This document shows positions 19,303-28,939 of a stretch of 45,602 bases of DNA, piece after piece. The translations under genes were made by a program, and so were the position numbers. Below the pieces are notes generated by a model that was not told where the DNA came from, ran no database searches, and saw only the letters and a program-made list of their open reading frames with translations. Source of the DNA: Bacillota bacterium (GTDB lineage: Bacteria > Bacteroidota > Ignavibacteria > Ignavibacteriales > SURF-24). Each line of letters begins with the position of its first letter. Position 1 is the first letter of the stretch. The stretch lies in NCBI GenBank assembly GCA_050262615.1, contig JBLNEL010000119.1:1-45602 (forward strand), in the 5' to 3' direction.

Positions 19303-20451
19303 ATGGATTTAATAAATTTGGATGAAATGAAAATGCTTACAAAGGAACGCTTCGAGCCCTGTATTTCAATTTATATACCTACCCATCCAAGAGGGGCAGA
19401 AATTATACAGGACCCGATCCGCCTTAAGAACCATCTTAGAAATGTTGAACGCGAACTTAGAGACAGAGGCTATAACTCCTTGATGATACCGGAACTCTTA
19501 AGCCCTGCTTACAGACTTTTGGATGACAATTCTTTCTGGAACTATATGTCCGAATCACTTGCTGTGTTTGCGGCAAAAGATGAATTCCACTATTACCGGC
19601 TTCCCATTGGCGTCGATGAGGGTAATTATATATCCAACCGCTTCTTCATAAAACCGCTGCTTTCTATGGTCAACCGCTCAAAAAGTTTTTTTATTCTTTC
19701 ACTCGACCAGAAGAATATTCAGCTTTTTAAGGCTTCACCTTATCACTATGAGGAGGTTGAATTAAAGGATGTTCCACAGAACCTTACTGAATTTTTAGGA
19801 ATTGATGAATCAGAACAAAAAAAATATTACCGTTCTGAAGTCGGCTCTCAAAACCAGCGCTTCTTTTCAGGCCCTGCTGCAGGTACTGATGACGCAAGAC
19901 ATAATAGAGAGATCCTTAGGTTTTTCCAGGGTGTGGATAAAAAGATATTTAACATTGTTAAAGAAGAAAATATACCAATGCTACTTGCCGGCGCAGAGTT
20001 CTTGCTGCCGCTTTATCGCGAGGCTGATTCTTACCAGAAAACAGTCGACCGCGTCGTAAAAGGCGTCCCGGGCGACCTTGGTATGGATGAAATATACACC
20101 CAGGCAATGCAGATTATGCAGCCTTACTATGAAGAGGAAGAGAGAAGGGCACTTACTAAATATGGCGAACTCTCGAATTCAGAACGCACTTCAACTACAA
20201 TTGGAGAAATTGTAAAAGCAGCATTTGCAAAACGTATCGAAACACTTTTCATCAACTCGGCAGTAAGACAATGGGGAATATTTGATTCTAAAAATTTCGA
20301 GGTCAAACTCCATAATAACCCTAAAGAAGGTGATGAAGATATAATGGAACTTGCTACCGTGCAGACTATCTTAAACGGCGGCAATGTATATGAACTGGAT
20401 GAAAAGAAAATGCCTAAAGGTAAATCCATGGCGGCAGTATTTAGGTATTGA
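19303..20451 (+). CDS. Bacterial archaeo-eukaryotic release factor (baeRF)-like protein; candidate Balon-type ribosome hibernation factor
   Basis: 382 aa; PCISIYIPTH...QDPIRLKN, SLAVFA, RFFIKPLL, PMLLAG, and an L7Ae-like C-terminus (AAFAKRIETLFI...TILNGGNVY...MAAVFRY) typical of baeRF families; no GGQ. GGAG RBS. Family recognised from memory. Confidence 0.75.
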   Translation: MDLINLDEMKMLTKERFEPCISIYIPTHPRGAEIIQDPIRLKNHLRNVERELRDRGYNSLMIPELLSPAYRLLDDNSFWNYMSESLAVFAAKDEFHYYRLPIGVDEGNYISNRFFIKPLLSMVNRSKSFFILSLDQKNIQLFKASPYHYEEVELKDVPQNLTEFLGIDESEQKKYYRSEVGSQNQRFFSGPAAGTDDARHNREILRFFQGVDKKIFNIVKEENIPMLLAGAEFLLPLYREADSYQKTVDRVVKGVPGDLGMDEIYTQAMQIMQPYYEEEERRALTKYGELSNSERTSTTIGEIVKAAFAKRIETLFINSAVRQWGIFDSKNFEVKLHNNPKEGDEDIMELATVQTILNGGNVYELDEKKMPKGKSMAAVFRY

Positions 20452-20552
20452 ATTGTATGACCAGCCTGTATATAGTATAGAAAGGGGCATGATGTTTTCG
20501 GAAACTCTGATAAATATGATACTTATTGTAAAATTTAGCTCGAGGTGAAATT

Positions 20553-21113
20553 ATGTTAAAGAGGATCTTTATAATTGCCTTTCTTATACTAATTACAGAT
20601 TCTTTCACAAATGCACAGGGCATCGGCATCGGCCCGGTATTAGGCTGGCAGAAATCAAGCAGCGCTGATAATGGAACTCTGATGTACGGAGCAGCTCTCA
20701 GAATCAAACTATCTCAGGCCTTTGGCGTCGAAGGCTCTGTCAGCTACCGGCAGGAGGAATATGCTAACGGCGGACTTAAGGTAAGCAGCTGGCCTGTTAT
20801 GGTTACCGGACTGTTTTATCCGTTTCCTGTCGTCTATGGACTCATAGGCGGAGGATGGTATAATACAACTTTTGATTATTCAAATCAGCTCACTCTTCAA
20901 AACCTGCAGAACAATACAACTTCTAATTTCGGCTGGCACCTCGGTGGAGGAGTCGAGATTCCTGCAGGCGAGAATCTGTTGATAACCGGAGATATTCGCT
21001 ACGTTTTTCTGAATTATGATTTCGGACAACTTGCGCAAAAAGCTCAGACAGGTGACTTAAGCAGTAACTTTTTTGTTATTTCCGTAGGACTGCTCTTCGG
21101 TATTCATAAATAA
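20553..21113 (+). CDS. Small outer-membrane beta-barrel protein (OmpA-TM/porin-like, about 8 strands)
   Basis: Signal peptide ending TNAQ; amphipathic strands (YGAALRIKL, FGWHLGGGVEI, DIRYVF); terminal strand VISVGLLF. Confidence 0.85.
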   Translation: MLKRIFIIAFLILITDSFTNAQGIGIGPVLGWQKSSSADNGTLMYGAALRIKLSQAFGVEGSVSYRQEEYANGGLKVSSWPVMVTGLFYPFPVVYGLIGGGWYNTTFDYSNQLTLQNLQNNTTSNFGWHLGGGVEIPAGENLLITGDIRYVFLNYDFGQLAQKAQTGDLSSNFFVISVGLLFGIHK

Positions 21114-21137
21114 AGTTAAACCATAATAATCTCTCTA

Positions 21138-21196
21138 GCCCGGCCATTTTTAGGGACAAAAACTTGCTTGTTACAGGTTTCCCTTCTTGGCCGGGT
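21138..21196 (+). other. Extended three-segment hairpin downstream of the beta-barrel gene (terminator or 3' stabiliser)
   Basis: CCCGGCCA/TGGCCGGG outer stem, AGGGA/TCCCT middle, AACTTG/CAGGTT inner; followed by AT-rich TATATTATTTTT. Confidence 0.55.
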
Positions 21197-21269
21197 ATAT
21201 TATTTTTAAATCTGCTCAGCTCAATTTTTGCGCGTCTCTCTTTTCTCTATCTTATGGAACTTAAAATTT

Positions 21270-21596
21270 ATGGGACTCAAGGACAAAATAGTTTCAACAG
21301 GAATTGAAAAACTATTTAATTCGTTTCTGAGCGATATTGGTGAGATCTCTGCGTTTTCAATTGACTCAAAACATAAGGCTATTAAACTAACTGTAGCGCT
21401 AAGAGGCGAAACTGAACCACTTGAACTGCTGATTAAACAATATGAAATACTCGGACAAAACGACAGACAGTATTTTATTATCCGCTCACTTTCAACCTCC
21501 CGCCAATGGATTGATATAGCCTTTAATAAATACCTGAAAGATCTGAAAATAGAGATCCCTGCAAAATATGATTTTATCGTGCGCCGTGCACTCTGA
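21270..21596 (+). CDS. Hypothetical protein (about 108 aa)
   Basis: ATG start MGLKDK preferred over the TTG at 21228; fills the gap between co-oriented genes and reads like a folded protein (IDSKHKAI...LRGETEPL...TSRQWI). Confidence 0.7.
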   Translation: MGLKDKIVSTGIEKLFNSFLSDIGEISAFSIDSKHKAIKLTVALRGETEPLELLIKQYEILGQNDRQYFIIRSLSTSRQWIDIAFNKYLKDLKIEIPAKYDFIVRRAL

Positions 21597-21674
21597 AAAA
21601 TATTAGGTGATAATTTTGCTCGGTAATTAATTCTGACTAAATTATATGAGTAATTATTATGAGGGGAATATAAA

Positions 21675-22727
21675 ATGGGCAGAGTAATAGATACGGCAAT
21701 ACTTGGATTTGGGTATTCTGCCAGGGTGTTCCATGCACCATTTATTGAGTGTAACGATAAGTTTAAACTTTGCAGTGTACTCGAAAGAAACTCAAGCCAT
21801 TCAAAAGACCTCTATCCCCACATAAAGGTTGTAAAAAACCTCCAGGAAATATTAGACGCTAAAGACATTGACCTGGTTATTGTTACCACCCCCAATCATT
21901 CTCATTTTTATTACGCTGAACAACTGCTTAAAGCTGGTAAAAACGTAATTATTGAAAAACCATTTACTATTACTTACGGTGAAGCACAATGCCTTACTGA
22001 ATTGGCTGAAAAAAATAACCTCATGCTAAGCGTTTTCCATAACAGGAGATGGGATGGCGATTTCCTTACTGTAAAAAATATTGTGAAAAACCGGCTGCTG
22101 GGTGAACTTGTTGAATTTGAATCACACTTTGACCGGTTTAGAAATTATTTTAAACCAAACGCCTGGCGCGAAAGCGACCTGCCTGGCTCTGGAATTCTTT
22201 ATGACCTTGGACCACATCTTATCGACCAGGCATTATGCCTGTTCGGTAGACCTGAAAGCCTGATTGCTGATGTCAGAATTCAGCGCGAAGGGGGAAAAGC
22301 TGATGATAATTTCGAGATCATTCTTAACTATGGCAGACTGAAAGTAACATTAAAAGCCGGTATGCTTGTCAAAAACAGGGCCCCCCGTTTTATTCTCCAC
22401 GGAACTGAAGGCGCATTTGTTAAATACGGACTTGACCCTCAGGAAAATGCCCTTAAAAATGGAATTTCACCCCTTTCAGCCGGATGGGGCAGTGAACCTG
22501 AATCACAGTGGGGACTGCTGGATAGTTCAATTGCCGGACTAAATTATTATGGAAAAATAAAAACTATTGCAGGCAATTATATGGAATATTTTGATAATAT
22601 ATACGAGGCTGTTACCTGCAATAGATCAGTGCTGAATGTAAAACCTTCTGAAGCTTCTGAAATTATTAAAATTATTGAACTGGCACTTGAAAGCGCTGCA
22701 AAAGGAAGAAGAGTACTGCTTAGCTAA
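21675..22727 (+). CDS. Gfo/Idh/MocA oxidoreductase (IolW/YdgJ-like)
   Basis: GFGYSARVFHAP, TTPNHSH, IEKPF, FHNRRWDGDF, LYDLGPHLIDQ, DPQE. Confidence 0.92.
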   Translation: MGRVIDTAILGFGYSARVFHAPFIECNDKFKLCSVLERNSSHSKDLYPHIKVVKNLQEILDAKDIDLVIVTTPNHSHFYYAEQLLKAGKNVIIEKPFTITYGEAQCLTELAEKNNLMLSVFHNRRWDGDFLTVKNIVKNRLLGELVEFESHFDRFRNYFKPNAWRESDLPGSGILYDLGPHLIDQALCLFGRPESLIADVRIQREGGKADDNFEIILNYGRLKVTLKAGMLVKNRAPRFILHGTEGAFVKYGLDPQENALKNGISPLSAGWGSEPESQWGLLDSSIAGLNYYGKIKTIAGNYMEYFDNIYEAVTCNRSVLNVKPSEASEIIKIIELALESAAKGRRVLLS

Positions 22728-22797
22728 AACTGCTTAGCTAAAAATGCTTGGCTAAAACTTCTTGGCTAAAACTTCTTCCTAAGAAACTGCTTTCTAG
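22716..22797 (+). repeat. 14-bp progressively degenerating tandem repeat (CTGCTTAGCTAAAA, about 6 units) starting in the last codons of the oxidoreductase
   Basis: CTGCTTAGCTAAAA x2, ATGCTTGGCTAAAA, CTTCTTGGCTAAAA, CTTCTTCCTAAGAAA, CTGCTTTCTAG. Confidence 0.9.
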
Positions 22798-22811
22798 GAG
22801 CTTTGCTCCTT

Positions 22812-23822
22812 TTACTCTTCATCTACTCCGGCTTCTTTCATTACAAATTCAGGCGTTAGCGGATCTCCTTTGAAAAAATCCCTCTTGTAGCCTTTCGTAA
22901 TTGCCCAGCGGTGTATCCAGGTTATCCCGCCTGACTTTGCATATGTGTCGGGAGAGTTATATGCCGTGTCTTTTAATGCCTCTTCCAGTGTGATAAATTT
23001 ATAACCCCTGCTTTTTATCATTTCTGCCAGTTCTCCAAAGTAATCTGCATTTAGCTGATTTGCATGTATAAGCAGTACCTGACTGATTTCCCGCCCGAAG
23101 AGCTGAACTGACTGCTTTTCAAAGTACTCAAACTTCTGCTCCATATAAGGAATATATGCCCCGGCAATTTTCTTCATCATTTGCTCATCACCTTTTTGCT
23201 TTGCATTTAAGTATGCCTTTGCAAATATCCATTCCGAGTTATCAATTGTAACAGGAGCAGTAGTATAACCACGCTCTGAAAGAAATCTCTCTAAGGCTGC
23301 TTTTACTTCAGGCGTGTTTCCTAAATGTAGAAAAGGATGACGGAAATATCTGAGCTTCATCCCCTTTTCAGAAAGAAGCCTTTTTACAGTTTCTTCCCCT
23401 TTTATAATATCTTTTTTAAATTCTTCAAGCGGCGTCTTGTTAATATCCGAATGAGAAAAAGTGTGATTGCCAAGCTCCATCCCGTTATCCAGCCAGAGCT
23501 TAAGCACCCCGGCCCTTTGATCAATATATTTGTCTTCCTGATATAACTTTTCTTCATTTACAAAACCAATAGCCGGAATATTACTCCTTCTAAACCACTT
23601 TAGAAGTTTATTAGTGTTTTCCTTTAACAGATCTATCTCCTCCGGAACGGGTGCACCCGGCAAGTCATCAACAGTTATAACAACTTCCCTTGTCTTGCTG
23701 AGATTCTTTATTTCGTCTTTAACTTGCGACTTTCCATCACCTGAAGTTACATCCTGGGCGGCTAAAAAACTGAAAGTAAAAAAGAACAGGCCAGATAATA
23801 TGTAAGTAACCGGATTTTTCAT
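22812..23822 (-). CDS. Polysaccharide deacetylase (CE4/NodB), exported
   Basis: Likely start MKNPVTY at 23822 with a signal peptide ending AAQ; motif 1 TVDDLP, NHTFSH, YFRHPF, LLIH. Confidence 0.88.
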   Translation of the reverse strand: MKNPVTYILSGLFFFTFSFLAAQDVTSGDGKSQVKDEIKNLSKTREVVITVDDLPGAPVPEEIDLLKENTNKLLKWFRRSNIPAIGFVNEEKLYQEDKYIDQRAGVLKLWLDNGMELGNHTFSHSDINKTPLEEFKKDIIKGEETVKRLLSEKGMKLRYFRHPFLHLGNTPEVKAALERFLSERGYTTAPVTIDNSEWIFAKAYLNAKQKGDEQMMKKIAGAYIPYMEQKFEYFEKQSVQLFGREISQVLLIHANQLNADYFGELAEMIKSRGYKFITLEEALKDTAYNSPDTYAKSGGITWIHRWAITKGYKRDFFKGDPLTPEFVMKEAGVDEE

Positions 23823-23981
23823 CAATGTCTTATCCTTATAATTATAATTTGCATAAAATAGCTTGCATAAAAAAGAAAGCGGAACTAGGTTCCGCTTATT
23901 AAAATCTTTTCGCATTATATCATTAATATGCTAAATATGCAAATAATAATTATTTATTCATACATATAATATTAAACCTGG

Positions 23982-25448
23982 CTAATTGGGTTTGTATTTT
24001 ACAAATCCTTTATCATAAGTCGCAATCCACATAACACCGGCACCATCAATTACTACATCCTTTATGTAATCAGAAGGAAGCTTGGAATTACTCTTATTTA
24101 AGATTTCAATCATTGTGTTCTGATTGAATTTAACTAAACCGCTTCTTGTACATACCCATCTCATGGTATTGTAGTAATATATGTTCTCTATGTAATTAGA
24201 TGGAAGTCCGCTTATATTGGTCCATCTGCCATTGTCAAAAACCGATATACCTCCAACATCAGCACCATAAGGAAGCTTGCAGGCAAAACCTACCCAGGTG
24301 CCCCCTACTGAGGCAGATGAAAGTGCAGAGACTGTGTTACCCGGAAACCCGTTTTTTGATTTTGTATATACAGACCAGTTCGTGCGGTCAAAGTATGCAA
24401 CACCATCATCCATCGTTCCGACCCACAGCCTGTAGTTCTGATCAAGTGTGACTTTTGTTATCCAGTTGCCTGGAATCTTGGAGTTTGATGTCTGATAGAT
24501 TATCCACTTCCCTTTACTTGTCAGACATGCCAGACCTTGCAGTGTTCCTATCCATACATCACCATTCCAGTCAACTACTATAGAAGTTATTATATTATCC
24601 GGAAGCTCTGAATTACTTGTCGTATATAACTTCCAGGCAGAACCATTAAAATAAACCAGCCCGACCGGTGTGCCTACCCATAGGTCCTTGCCGTAAGTAG
24701 CCATTAGATTTGTTGCAAGACATGTAATTACCGGACTTGGCAGTAGAGAGTTTGACTGATCATATACTTTCCATTGACTGCCGTCAAAACTGACAAGCCC
24801 TTTGTCTGCGGTCCCGATCCACTTGGTATTGTTATTTGTAATAGCAATACAATTAATATTGTTTGAAGGCATCGGAGAATTTGATTGCTTGTAATCAACC
24901 CAGAGAGTCGTATCAGTAAGCGTAAAATCTGTACTGACTGTCCTCCCGCTCTCAAGTGTAACTAAAAGACTATCGTCTCTGTATCCCGGAAATCTGACCT
25001 TTAATTTATAATGACCAGGTATCAGATTTTTAAATGTATAAGGCGTTCGCTTATCAGTCAGCTGATCATTCATGAAGATCTCTGCATTTGGAGGCTCGGA
25101 AGTACACTTGATTGCACCAAGCATCGATGGATTGCCCGAATATGAGATCTGCGCTTCAACCTTTTGCCCCTCAAAGGCTTTGAGGAAAAATGTCGTGTCT
25201 GAATAAAGCGGCAGCTTTAATGTTACTTTATACGTGCCTTCCTTAAGCCATAATAGACTATCAGGAGTAACTTTGCCTGTTATCCTGTCGTTAATATATA
25301 TCTTTGCACCTGCAGGATCCGATGCTATGTAAAGCTTACCCGTAGGAATTGGAGCGTCAGGCGGACTGGTTGAAACTTCCTTGTCACAGGAGAAAAAAAG
25401 CACTGAGCCTAAGATCAGACAAACGTAAAAAAAACATTTATTTAACAT
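23982..25448 (-). CDS. Lipoprotein with two PEGA domains and a two-component-regulator-type beta-propeller
   Basis: Likely start MLNKCFF at 25448; lipobox LFFSC; PEGA motifs SDPAGAKIYIN and SEPPNAEIFMN; repeated NSxLPxNxI...WIGTxxGL blades. Confidence 0.88.
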   Translation of the reverse strand: MLNKCFFYVCLILGSVLFFSCDKEVSTSPPDAPIPTGKLYIASDPAGAKIYINDRITGKVTPDSLLWLKEGTYKVTLKLPLYSDTTFFLKAFEGQKVEAQISYSGNPSMLGAIKCTSEPPNAEIFMNDQLTDKRTPYTFKNLIPGHYKLKVRFPGYRDDSLLVTLESGRTVSTDFTLTDTTLWVDYKQSNSPMPSNNINCIAITNNNTKWIGTADKGLVSFDGSQWKVYDQSNSLLPSPVITCLATNLMATYGKDLWVGTPVGLVYFNGSAWKLYTTSNSELPDNIITSIVVDWNGDVWIGTLQGLACLTSKGKWIIYQTSNSKIPGNWITKVTLDQNYRLWVGTMDDGVAYFDRTNWSVYTKSKNGFPGNTVSALSSASVGGTWVGFACKLPYGADVGGISVFDNGRWTNISGLPSNYIENIYYYNTMRWVCTRSGLVKFNQNTMIEILNKSNSKLPSDYIKDVVIDGAGVMWIATYDKGFVKYKPN

Positions 25449-25491
25449 AAGATTACCCCTGTGCAATCTGTTGTTATTTGAAATTATGCTC

Positions 25492-26466
25492 TTATTCATA
25501 TGGCCCGAACCTGTAACCGAAGGATTTGACCCATAGACTGGAAAGGGAAATTGAAAAGGAGAATTTTATATAGGACCCGAAAATCCCCAGTCCACCGTCA
25601 ATATTGGAATAATCTGCCTGGTCTATTGTAATTGTAAATCCGTCTGACTGAATCTTCCCGGCTGAATAGAAGGCTGATAGATTTCTGTCAAATGCATAAA
25701 CCTCAACAATTATTGAGAGCACCCTGTAATTTGTTTTTACCGGATCTCCTTCTGAAATCTCCCTCATCGCCCGCTCAATTGCATCAAGCTTATATACACA
25801 CTGCTTTCTTGAGGATGCAGAAGGGTAGACCGGTACATATTTATCTCCCTTCCTGGCATAGTTTACAGCAATCGGCTTTTCATGCTTTATATCTATACCA
25901 TTTTCTTTTTTATAGTAGGCTATCTTAAATATCGGAAGATAAAATGGGGTTTCTTCTCTTTTTTCATAGACAGGCTTCCACGCACCAATAACTACATCGT
26001 TCGAGGTAGGGGCAATATTGTCGTTAAAATTATAATCTATTTCAATCCTTGAAGGTACCTTTGTTGATGCCTTCAGCCTTTTTCCATTCGCCAGAAGCGC
26101 CTCAATCTCCAGCGGTTCATCAAAATCCGGCTTATAACTGCAGTAATATAACGAACCCAAAGAACTATATCTGGAAGTATCGCTGCGTTCAAATGCCCCG
26201 TCTTTGAATAAATATACAGAATCACTGTTCCATAACCTTATTTCAGCATTCTTTATTGCCGGATCATTTGTATTTGTATTCGGATCATATCCTTCGACCT
26301 GATAACTCCGGCTTAAAAATGCTGTCTGCGCGGTCGTATCTCCCCGGATTATACAGTTAAATATAACTTTATCTTTCAGCTCGCCTTTTGGACTGAAATT
26401 CTCTTCGCATGATAAAGTAAGCAAAGATAAAAGCGGAATTATTATATATTTAAATTTCTTCTTCAT
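25492..26466 (-). CDS. DUF4249-family lipoprotein
   Basis: Lipobox LTLSC; FLSRS; LKASTKVP; C-terminal YSNIDGGLGIFGS signature; directly downstream of a TBDR. Confidence 0.85.
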   Translation of the reverse strand: MKKKFKYIIIPLLSLLTLSCEENFSPKGELKDKVIFNCIIRGDTTAQTAFLSRSYQVEGYDPNTNTNDPAIKNAEIRLWNSDSVYLFKDGAFERSDTSRYSSLGSLYYCSYKPDFDEPLEIEALLANGKRLKASTKVPSRIEIDYNFNDNIAPTSNDVVIGAWKPVYEKREETPFYLPIFKIAYYKKENGIDIKHEKPIAVNYARKGDKYVPVYPSASSRKQCVYKLDAIERAMREISEGDPVKTNYRVLSIIVEVYAFDRNLSAFYSAGKIQSDGFTITIDQADYSNIDGGLGIFGSYIKFSFSISLSSLWVKSFGYRFGPYE

Positions 26467-26478
26467 ATTCCTTATTCC

Positions 26479-28752
26479 TTATATTTCAAGCTTCAGTGTT
26501 GCCGTAGGAAGGAACGGTAGCATGTTGACCCGGTTGCCTGAATCTCTTTCGAAATAAAAGATATTTTTTCTGTCGTATACATTTAATACGCTGACATCCA
26601 GATAAAGATTAAACCAGTCGGTTACAAATTTCTTTGACAGGTTCAGATCAAGCCTGTGATAAGCCGGCAGCCTCCCTAAGTTCTTATCCCCCAGAAGTAA
26701 GAACGGCTTGAATGAATTTGCAAGGTTTGTAAACGTAGAAAAATCGTCTATTGAAAGCTTATCATAATAACCCGTCAGCTTTGTAAAAGGCATACCAGTG
26801 TTATAGCTCCATACGGCACTAAACTGCCAGCCGCCGCCAAACTTATACTCTGCTGCCAGATTACAGGAGTGCCGCGCATCATATTTTGGATAAAACAGCC
26901 AGTTATCTATTTCATTATATGCCCAGCTTAAACTGTATCCCCCTCGGAAACCAAAACTTCCGGCACTTAGACTAAGCATCGCTTCAAATCCATATGACTC
27001 TCCGCTTCCTGCAACAAAATCACGGTCAGTTTCATAGATCTTCTTCTCATTTATCATCGCCATGTTTATACTTTTTTTGTAGTAACCTTCAACTGCAAGC
27101 GACATCTCACCTGTAAGATCAGCATCAAGTCCTAATATAAAATGGCGCGACTTTGCAGTCCCCATGTAATTCGGAGCTATTATCCATGGCTCGAAAAGCG
27201 AAATGACTTCTTTGTCGTCTGAAAGCGTTGTAAGCTCCTGCTGAAATATTCCCCAGGCACCCTTGATCGCTAGCTCTGGTATTATTCTGTATGTAAAGCT
27301 TACTCGGGGCTCTGCCATCATATCCGTGCCGCCGTTAACTAGACTTGCACCGTTAAAGCGTGAGCCTATCTCAACCCCAAGACTCTTAAACCTCAGGAAT
27401 TTATACTTAAGATACAGACTTATATTTGTCCCGTTACTCTCAACTCTGCTTAATGTGCCTAAACCATTTTCCAACAGCAGTTTTGACCTTAGATCCAGAA
27501 GATTTATACCCACACCAAGTTCATCTTTACTGTCATATACATAATGAAAATCCATCTTCATGTTAATATCGCCAACATCGTTTTTCTTCTCGCGCGCTGT
27601 GCTCTGATTAGGCTTAACCTCTCCGTTGAAATTGCTGACCGATATGCCTAGTTCAAAGAACAGGGGAGTATCTGAAATAAGAAACCAGTTAACACCATAA
27701 ACACTGTTTGTCCAGTTTAGATCAGCCTCAGAAATTGTCTCATGCTCAATTCTGTCGCTGCTTGAAAACCCGTAAAATATCACTTTGCTGCCTTCAATAA
27801 ATTTCGGATTGGAATAATTGACCTTAAAAGCCATATCATAGAATTCCAGCGGCAGATTGCGGTTAACAAACTTCTTGTATATCTGGTTTGAAATGCTCTT
27901 CCTGGCTGTCATTATAAATGAACCGTTTGGTATCGGCCCTTCAAATAATGCTTTTGCACTTAAATAACTCGAACTTACTTTCCCGCTATATGAGTTCTTG
28001 TTTCCGTCTTTAAGCGACATGTTCAGTACCGAGGAAAGCCTTCCGCTGTATTCGGCCGGAAATCCGCCTTTAAAGAATTCAGCACTGTTGACAATCTCCG
28101 GATCAATTACGCTGAAAAGCCCTAAGGCATGAAAAGGATTGTAAATTGTTGCTTTGTCTATCTGTACAAGATTCTGATTGCTTGCCCCGCCTCTGATATA
28201 ATATCGCGCAGAAATATCACTCGTTGATCGTACACCTGGAATGTAATGCAGCGACCTTAATATATCGGTCTCTACTCCCTTGGGCAGATATTCCAGATCT
28301 TTTACCAGTATCCTCTGTATGCTGATATCTGTTGCATTTTCTTCACCATGACGCTTTGCAACTTTTTCAACCGTGGGCAATAGTATGCTCAATGGAATTA
28401 ATTTGATGTCCAGATGAAGCATCTTTTCGGGATTTACCCTGAATTGAATTTTCTTTGGATTGTAACCGGTATATGAAATTATGAGTGTAAGGTCCTTATT
28501 GGCCGGTAATGAGGTGATAACAAAATATCCCTTTGAATCTGTCAGCGCCCCTGTCTTTAATTCCTGTATGTAGACTGTGGCATATGCAAGCGCCTCGGCA
28601 TTTAATGAGTCGGTTACCAGACCTCTGAGATTTCCTTTATCCTGTGCCCTTAGATCGGAACCAGTGTGCATAAAACCAAAGAGTATTGTTATTACAAGCA
28701 CAAGACAAAACCGGAAACCTGAAGACTGGAATTGTTGGTATTTTATCTTCAT
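26479..28752 (-). CDS. TonB-dependent receptor with N-terminal carboxypeptidase-regulatory-like domain
   Basis: GLVTDS...TDSKGYF, plug motifs YYIRGG...QNL and FKGGFPAEYSGRLSSV, EPRVS, RLPAYHRLD, LNVYDRKN. Confidence 0.93.
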   Translation of the reverse strand: MKIKYQQFQSSGFRFCLVLVITILFGFMHTGSDLRAQDKGNLRGLVTDSLNAEALAYATVYIQELKTGALTDSKGYFVITSLPANKDLTLIISYTGYNPKKIQFRVNPEKMLHLDIKLIPLSILLPTVEKVAKRHGEENATDISIQRILVKDLEYLPKGVETDILRSLHYIPGVRSTSDISARYYIRGGASNQNLVQIDKATIYNPFHALGLFSVIDPEIVNSAEFFKGGFPAEYSGRLSSVLNMSLKDGNKNSYSGKVSSSYLSAKALFEGPIPNGSFIMTARKSISNQIYKKFVNRNLPLEFYDMAFKVNYSNPKFIEGSKVIFYGFSSSDRIEHETISEADLNWTNSVYGVNWFLISDTPLFFELGISVSNFNGEVKPNQSTAREKKNDVGDINMKMDFHYVYDSKDELGVGINLLDLRSKLLLENGLGTLSRVESNGTNISLYLKYKFLRFKSLGVEIGSRFNGASLVNGGTDMMAEPRVSFTYRIIPELAIKGAWGIFQQELTTLSDDKEVISLFEPWIIAPNYMGTAKSRHFILGLDADLTGEMSLAVEGYYKKSINMAMINEKKIYETDRDFVAGSGESYGFEAMLSLSAGSFGFRGGYSLSWAYNEIDNWLFYPKYDARHSCNLAAEYKFGGGWQFSAVWSYNTGMPFTKLTGYYDKLSIDDFSTFTNLANSFKPFLLLGDKNLGRLPAYHRLDLNLSKKFVTDWFNLYLDVSVLNVYDRKNIFYFERDSGNRVNMLPFLPTATLKLEI

Positions 28753-28866
28753 GGCAATATTGCTCTGAATACTTTATAGCATAATTTGTTTGCGGCAATA
28801 TAATAAATAATGGGTGATTTAATAGCAATGTAATTTTGAAGAATGGTCTGATAATCGTGTAAACGG

Positions 28867-28902
28867 AAAAGAGACGCTTTAAATTAAAACGCCTCTTTTT
28901 TT
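28867..28902 (-). terminator. Intrinsic terminator after the MCP gene
   Basis: Minus-strand GAGGCGTTTT...AAAGCGTCTC stem (with G-U pairs) followed by TTTT. Confidence 0.75.
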
Positions 28903-28939
28903 ATTGATATTTTAACATGACTCTTTTTACATGAGCATT

